Shown here: positions 60,223 to 64,000 of the stretch, piece by piece
Layout: every line of letters begins with the position of its first letter
How positions within the stretch are numbered: the stretch's first letter is position 1
DNA from: an uncultured Actinomycetes bacterium
GTDB taxonomy: Bacteria > Actinomycetota > UBA4738 > HRBIN12
Direction: 5' to 3'
Length of the DNA: 64,000 bases
Assembly: GCA_963704725.1 (NCBI GenBank)
Contig: OY969934.1
Location: forward strand, 2,784,001-2,848,000
Position numbers and translations under genes: made by a program
The notes under the pieces: model-generated
What the model saw: the letters and a program-made list of their open reading frames with translations, nothing else
Told to the model about the DNA's origin: nothing
Databases searched by the model: none

Positions 60223-61151
60223 GCCGTCTCGCTCGACGCCGGAGCGGGTGCCGGATCCCCTGCACCGCGTTCGGCGGCCCAGGCCACCACGGCCTCGACC
60301 ACCGCATCCTGGATCGGCGGGCTGAGGAACCCGTGGATCCTGCCGGGGATGGTCCGCACCTCCACACCATCCGGGGCCGCTCGCAGCGCATCCGCCAGCG
60401 GGCCGGCGGTCGCCTCGCGGTACTCCTGGAGGGAGGAGTCGTCGGTCCCGAAGATCTGGACGATCGGGACGCCGCGCTCGAGCAGCGCGCGCATCGGCCG
60501 CTCGTAGCTGGGACCCACCAGCGCCGACCCCGAGGATCGATCCTCGCTCCTGCGGAGCTTCGCGCGCGCGTACCTCGCGTAGCGCTCTCGGGATCGCCGG
60601 TCGAGCAGGCCCTTGAGCCGCCGCAGTCGGAGCGCCTCGACCGCGTACCTGCCGAGGTTCCACGTCGCCGCGGCGTTCGCGGCCTTGCGCCCGCCACGCT
60701 CGTGATCGCGCAGCGACGTCGCGAGCAGCACCACGGCGTCCACGTCCGAGATCTCGGCCGCCGCCGCCAGCGCGCTCCGGCCTCCGAAGCAGGACCCCAC
60801 GAGGATCACGCGCTCCACACCGAGCTCGTGGAACCTGGCCACGGCGGCGCGGACGTCGGCGTCGAACGGCCGGTCCAGCCGGAACCCTTCGACGAAGCCG
60901 GTGCTGTCGCCCGTGCCGTGGTAGTCGCACCGCAGCACCGCGTACCCCAGCCGAACCAGCTGGCGCGCCATGCGGACCGAGAGGCGATTGCGGTTGACCG
61001 TGAACGGCGTGCCCGCTCCGGGAAGGATGACGATGCCGGTCCGCACCGACCCGCTCTGCGGCAGCGTCACGACCCCGAAGAGCCTCGCGTCGGTCGTCTC
61101 GAAGAAGACCGGCAGCTCCGTGTATCCGGTCGTCACCATCGTGTCGCTCAC
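60219..61151 (-). CDS. Alpha/beta hydrolase, Cys-nucleophile type (exosortase-associated hydrolase-1-like)
   Basis: NRNR..V..AR.L...G..VLR.DY.G.GDS.G, elbow GSCFGG, IFG.DD, IHGF. Confidence 0.75.
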   Translation of the reverse strand: MSDTMVTTGYTELPVFFETTDARLFGVVTLPQSGSVRTGIVILPGAGTPFTVNRNRLSVRMARQLVRLGYAVLRCDYHGTGDSTGFVEGFRLDRPFDADVRAAVARFHELGVERVILVGSCFGGRSALAAAAEISDVDAVVLLATSLRDHERGGRKAANAAATWNLGRYAVEALRLRRLKGLLDRRSRERYARYARAKLRRSEDRSSGSALVGPSYERPMRALLERGVPIVQIFGTDDSSLQEYREATAGPLADALRAAPDGVEVRTIPGRIHGFLSPPIQDAVVEAVVAWAAERGAGDPAPAPASSETA

Positions 61152-62059
61152 ATCGTTCCTCCGCCGGCGCCCGCACCGATCCACGCCACCGTTCGGCCGA
61201 TCAGGGCGCCCGTCAGCGACCGCGTGGTCTCATCGACGTATCGCTCCTCGATGAGCCACCACGTCTCCTCCCCCCGGACACCCTCGGCGTCGACCCGGAT
61301 CCCGGCGGCGCGCCATCGCTCCACGAGCCGGTCCATGTCGGGACGCACCGAGCCGGTTGGACCCACCTGGACCACGAGCACGCGCCGAGGCGCGGACCCG
61401 AGCTCGGACTCGAGCGAGCGGCCGGCCGAGGAACGGTACAGGGGCGCGTCCAGCCGGTGCGCGACGACGTCCACGGACTCCCCCCTGCGGAGCTGCTCCT
61501 CGAGCTCCCTCCCCGACGCCGGACCTTCGACGCCCCGACGGATCTCCCGAACGAGCCGGCTCCGGAACGCGTCCTTGAAGAAGCCCGCCGAGTCGAGCAG
61601 GGGCTCCCACAGCGCGACCCCGGCCCCTGGAACCGCGTTCGCCGCCGATGCCGCGATCAGTGCGCCCCAACGGCATCCGACGATCGTGAGCGGCCCAGTG
61701 GGGGCCACGGCTCGGAGGTGCTCGATGCTCACGAGCGCGTCTTCCCGCATCGAGTCGAAGGTGAGATCGGCCGCGTCCCCGTCGCTGTTGCCCGAACCTC
61801 GATAGTGGAACCGCAGGGCGGCGAACCCCTGCCTCGCGAGGGCACGGGCGAGCAGGACCTCGCGCCGGTAGTTCTTCGCGAACTCTCCGAGCAGCGGTGA
61901 GCAGATCGCCACCGCGGCCCTGGGAGCCGATGCCGGCAGGTGGAGGTACGTGAAGATGCGGGCACCGATGTCGCCCCGGAACTCGGCGCGCTCGGTCGTG
62001 CCATCAGCGGCCACGGCGGTCGCCACCGCCGGTCCCGCCCGATCCACCTCGATCGCCAT
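61148..62059 (-). CDS. Alpha/beta hydrolase fold, Arg at nucleophile position (hydrolase-2-like)
   Basis: CSPLLGEF..NYRR..LAR.LA..G...LRF.Y.G.GNSDGD, elbow GCRWGA, LWEP, WW. Confidence 0.75.
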   Translation of the reverse strand: MAIEVDRAGPAVATAVAADGTTERAEFRGDIGARIFTYLHLPASAPRAAVAICSPLLGEFAKNYRREVLLARALARQGFAALRFHYRGSGNSDGDAADLTFDSMREDALVSIEHLRAVAPTGPLTIVGCRWGALIAASAANAVPGAGVALWEPLLDSAGFFKDAFRSRLVREIRRGVEGPASGRELEEQLRRGESVDVVAHRLDAPLYRSSAGRSLESELGSAPRRVLVVQVGPTGSVRPDMDRLVERWRAAGIRVDAEGVRGEETWWLIEERYVDETTRSLTGALIGRTVAWIGAGAGGGTM

Positions 62060-62088
62060 CGTCGCTCCTCGTCCGGTCGTGCCGTCCG

Positions 62089-63024
62089 TCACCCGGCCGT
62101 GCGCCGCTCGGCCGCCCAGCCGACGATCTCCTCGGCGACCGAGTCCTGGGCCGCCACCGTCGTGAACCCGTGGAGCTTGCCCGGCAGGACCGAGACCCGG
62201 ACGATCCCCCGCCCCTCGTCCAGGACGTCGGCGAGCCGGCCCCGCGCCGCCGGGAGGTACTCGTCCGTGTAGAAGCCGTCCTCGGCCCCGTAGATGAACC
62301 AGACGGGCACGCCGCGCTCGACGAGCGCTCGCAGCGGGCGTTCGAAGCTCGGCGCTACCTCCTCCGTGGAGGTGGGGCGGTCCCGCACCAGCCGGCGAAG
62401 GAGCGGCAGCTTGGCGGCCGTCACGCGCAGCTTGCCCCGCAGGTACTTCGCGTACGTGTGGCGCACACGCCCGTGTCGCAGCCCGCGCAGGGTGCTCGGA
62501 CGCAGCGCCACCCGCACGTACCGGGCGAAGCTCTTCTTGCGCGCGTAGTTCAGGCTCTTGTTCTCGCCGAGCGCGTAATCGCGAAGGGCCATGGCCACCG
62601 GGATCACGGCGTCGACGCCGTCGAGCTCGGCGGCGGCGGCGACCGCGGTCCGGGCGCCGAAGCACGATCCGGCAAGGATCACGCGCTCCACGCCGGCCCG
62701 CCGCAGGCACTCCACGGCACCCCGAACGTCGTCGATGAACGGGCGGTCGAGGCGGAACTCGTCGACCGAGCCCGTGCTGTCCCCGACCCCGTGGTAGTCG
62801 AGCCGGAACCCGGCGTAGCCGAGCGCCGCGAGCTCGCGGCAGATCCGGACCGACAGCCGGTTGCGGTTGATCGTGAGTGGCGTCCCGACGCCCGTGAGGA
62901 TGATGAGGCCCGTGCGCGCGACGCCCTCGGCGGGCAGGGTGAGGATCCCGAACAGGGTCTCGCCGCCGGCGTCGAAGTAGACGGGCGTCTCCACGTACGT
63001 GGTCGTCACGGCGAGCTCGCTCAT
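62089..63024 (-). CDS. Alpha/beta hydrolase, Cys-nucleophile type (hydrolase-1-like)
   Basis: Paralog of 60219-61151; NRNRLSV, DYHGVGDSTG, GSCFGA, YGAED, LHGF. Confidence 0.75.
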   Translation of the reverse strand: MSELAVTTTYVETPVYFDAGGETLFGILTLPAEGVARTGLIILTGVGTPLTINRNRLSVRICRELAALGYAGFRLDYHGVGDSTGSVDEFRLDRPFIDDVRGAVECLRRAGVERVILAGSCFGARTAVAAAAELDGVDAVIPVAMALRDYALGENKSLNYARKKSFARYVRVALRPSTLRGLRHGRVRHTYAKYLRGKLRVTAAKLPLLRRLVRDRPTSTEEVAPSFERPLRALVERGVPVWFIYGAEDGFYTDEYLPAARGRLADVLDEGRGIVRVSVLPGKLHGFTTVAAQDSVAEEIVGWAAERRTAG

Positions 63025-63929
63025 GCGACCTCCATCGGCGAGCGCTGCTCGACCCAGCGCGTGGTGAGCGAGATCAGCTCCTTCGTCAGCGGCCGCTGGG
63101 CCTCGTCCCTCCAGCGCTCGTCGACGAGCCACCAGCTCTCCTCGCCTCGCACCGCCGGCGTCTCCACGTCGAAGCCGTCCGCCCGCCATCGCTCGGCCTG
63201 GCGGGCGAGGTCGTGGCGCACGGAACCGGTCGGCCCGATCTGCACGGCCAGGATCGGCCGTGGCGCCGGGCCGAGCTCTCCCGCGATCGACCGCCCCACC
63301 GAGGAGCCATACAGCTGCGGCATCAGCCGGTGCCCGGGCACCTCCACGGGCGTTCCGTCGCGCAGCCGCTGCTCGAGCTCCTGGCTCGTCGGCGGATGCT
63401 CGACGCCGTCACGCATCGCCTTCACCAGGAGGTTCCGGAAGGCCGCCTTGAAGAACGCCGAGGCTTCCAGGAGCGGCTCGAGGAGCACCACCCCGGCGCC
63501 CGGATGCGCCGCAGCCGCCGAGGCGGCGATGAGCGCCCCCCACCGGGTTCCGAGGAAGAACCGCGGCCCCGGCGGGACCTCCTCGTCGATGCGCTCGGCG
63601 GCGGCCAGGGCGTCCTCGCGCATCGACGCGAACGTCAGGTCCTCGTCGTCTCCGTCGCTGTTTCCGGTGAATCGGTAGTGGAAGCGCAGGGCGGCGTACC
63701 CGCGATGCGCGAGCCGCCGCGCGATGAGCACCTCACGCCGGTAGTTGTGCATGAACTCGCCGAGCAGCGGCGAGCAGACGACCACGGCGCCGCGCGGCCG
63801 GGACGCCGGAAGGTGCACGAACGTGAGCACCCGGCCCCCCGCCGGGCCACGCAGCTCCGCGCGCTCCACGGAACCGTCTGCCGCGACCCGTGTCGCCTCT
63901 GCGGCGACGACGGGATCGGACTGGACCAT
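63021..63929 (-). CDS. Alpha/beta hydrolase fold, hydrolase-2-like
   Basis: Paralog of 61148-62059; CSPLLGEFMHNYRR, GNSDGD, GTRWGA, LLEP, SWW. Confidence 0.75.
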   Translation of the reverse strand: MVQSDPVVAAEATRVAADGSVERAELRGPAGGRVLTFVHLPASRPRGAVVVCSPLLGEFMHNYRREVLIARRLAHRGYAALRFHYRFTGNSDGDDEDLTFASMREDALAAAERIDEEVPPGPRFFLGTRWGALIAASAAAAHPGAGVVLLEPLLEASAFFKAAFRNLLVKAMRDGVEHPPTSQELEQRLRDGTPVEVPGHRLMPQLYGSSVGRSIAGELGPAPRPILAVQIGPTGSVRHDLARQAERWRADGFDVETPAVRGEESWWLVDERWRDEAQRPLTKELISLTTRWVEQRSPMEVA

Positions 63930-64000
63930 CGGTGCTCCTTTCACGGGCTGGGTTCGGCTAGCTCACCGGGGCCGCGCCGGCCTTGCGGGCGTGCCGGGCA

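Overview
High-GC (~70%) actinobacterial chromosomal window. The taxonomy rests on groES-groEL1 with a His-rich tail and a CIRCE box, GuaB3, DUF4012 and a TAFTG sortase-type signal. Apart from a few housekeeping genes (guaA, groES/EL, guaB3), nearly all of it is one large cell-surface glycan locus with five parts. (i) Wzx/Wzy/Wzc polysaccharide machinery with two different initiating transferases, UDP-glucose dehydrogenase, several glycosyltransferases, three sulfotransferases, APS kinase, an APH-like kinase and a deacetylase. (ii) An aromatic-acyl module: an intact DAHP synthase, a catalytically degenerate DAHP synthase fused to a chorismate-lyase-like domain, a benzoate-CoA-type ligase, and two tandem pairs of atypical alpha/beta hydrolases. 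(iii) An HprK-related kinase flanked by two secreted Cys-rich proteins with the same twin-arginine/WAxP leader. (iv) Secreted carbohydrate-active or -binding proteins (3 GH26, a metallophosphoesterase, beta-propeller/malectin proteins, a G8/TMEM2-like and a pectate-lyase-like beta-helix); several share one ~180-aa C-terminal domain, including a 552-bp exact duplication. (v) An apparently complete IS481-family element with target-site duplication, and two frameshifted genes. All calls come from motifs recognised by eye; no database searches were run. I saw no tRNA, rRNA or CRISPR array.
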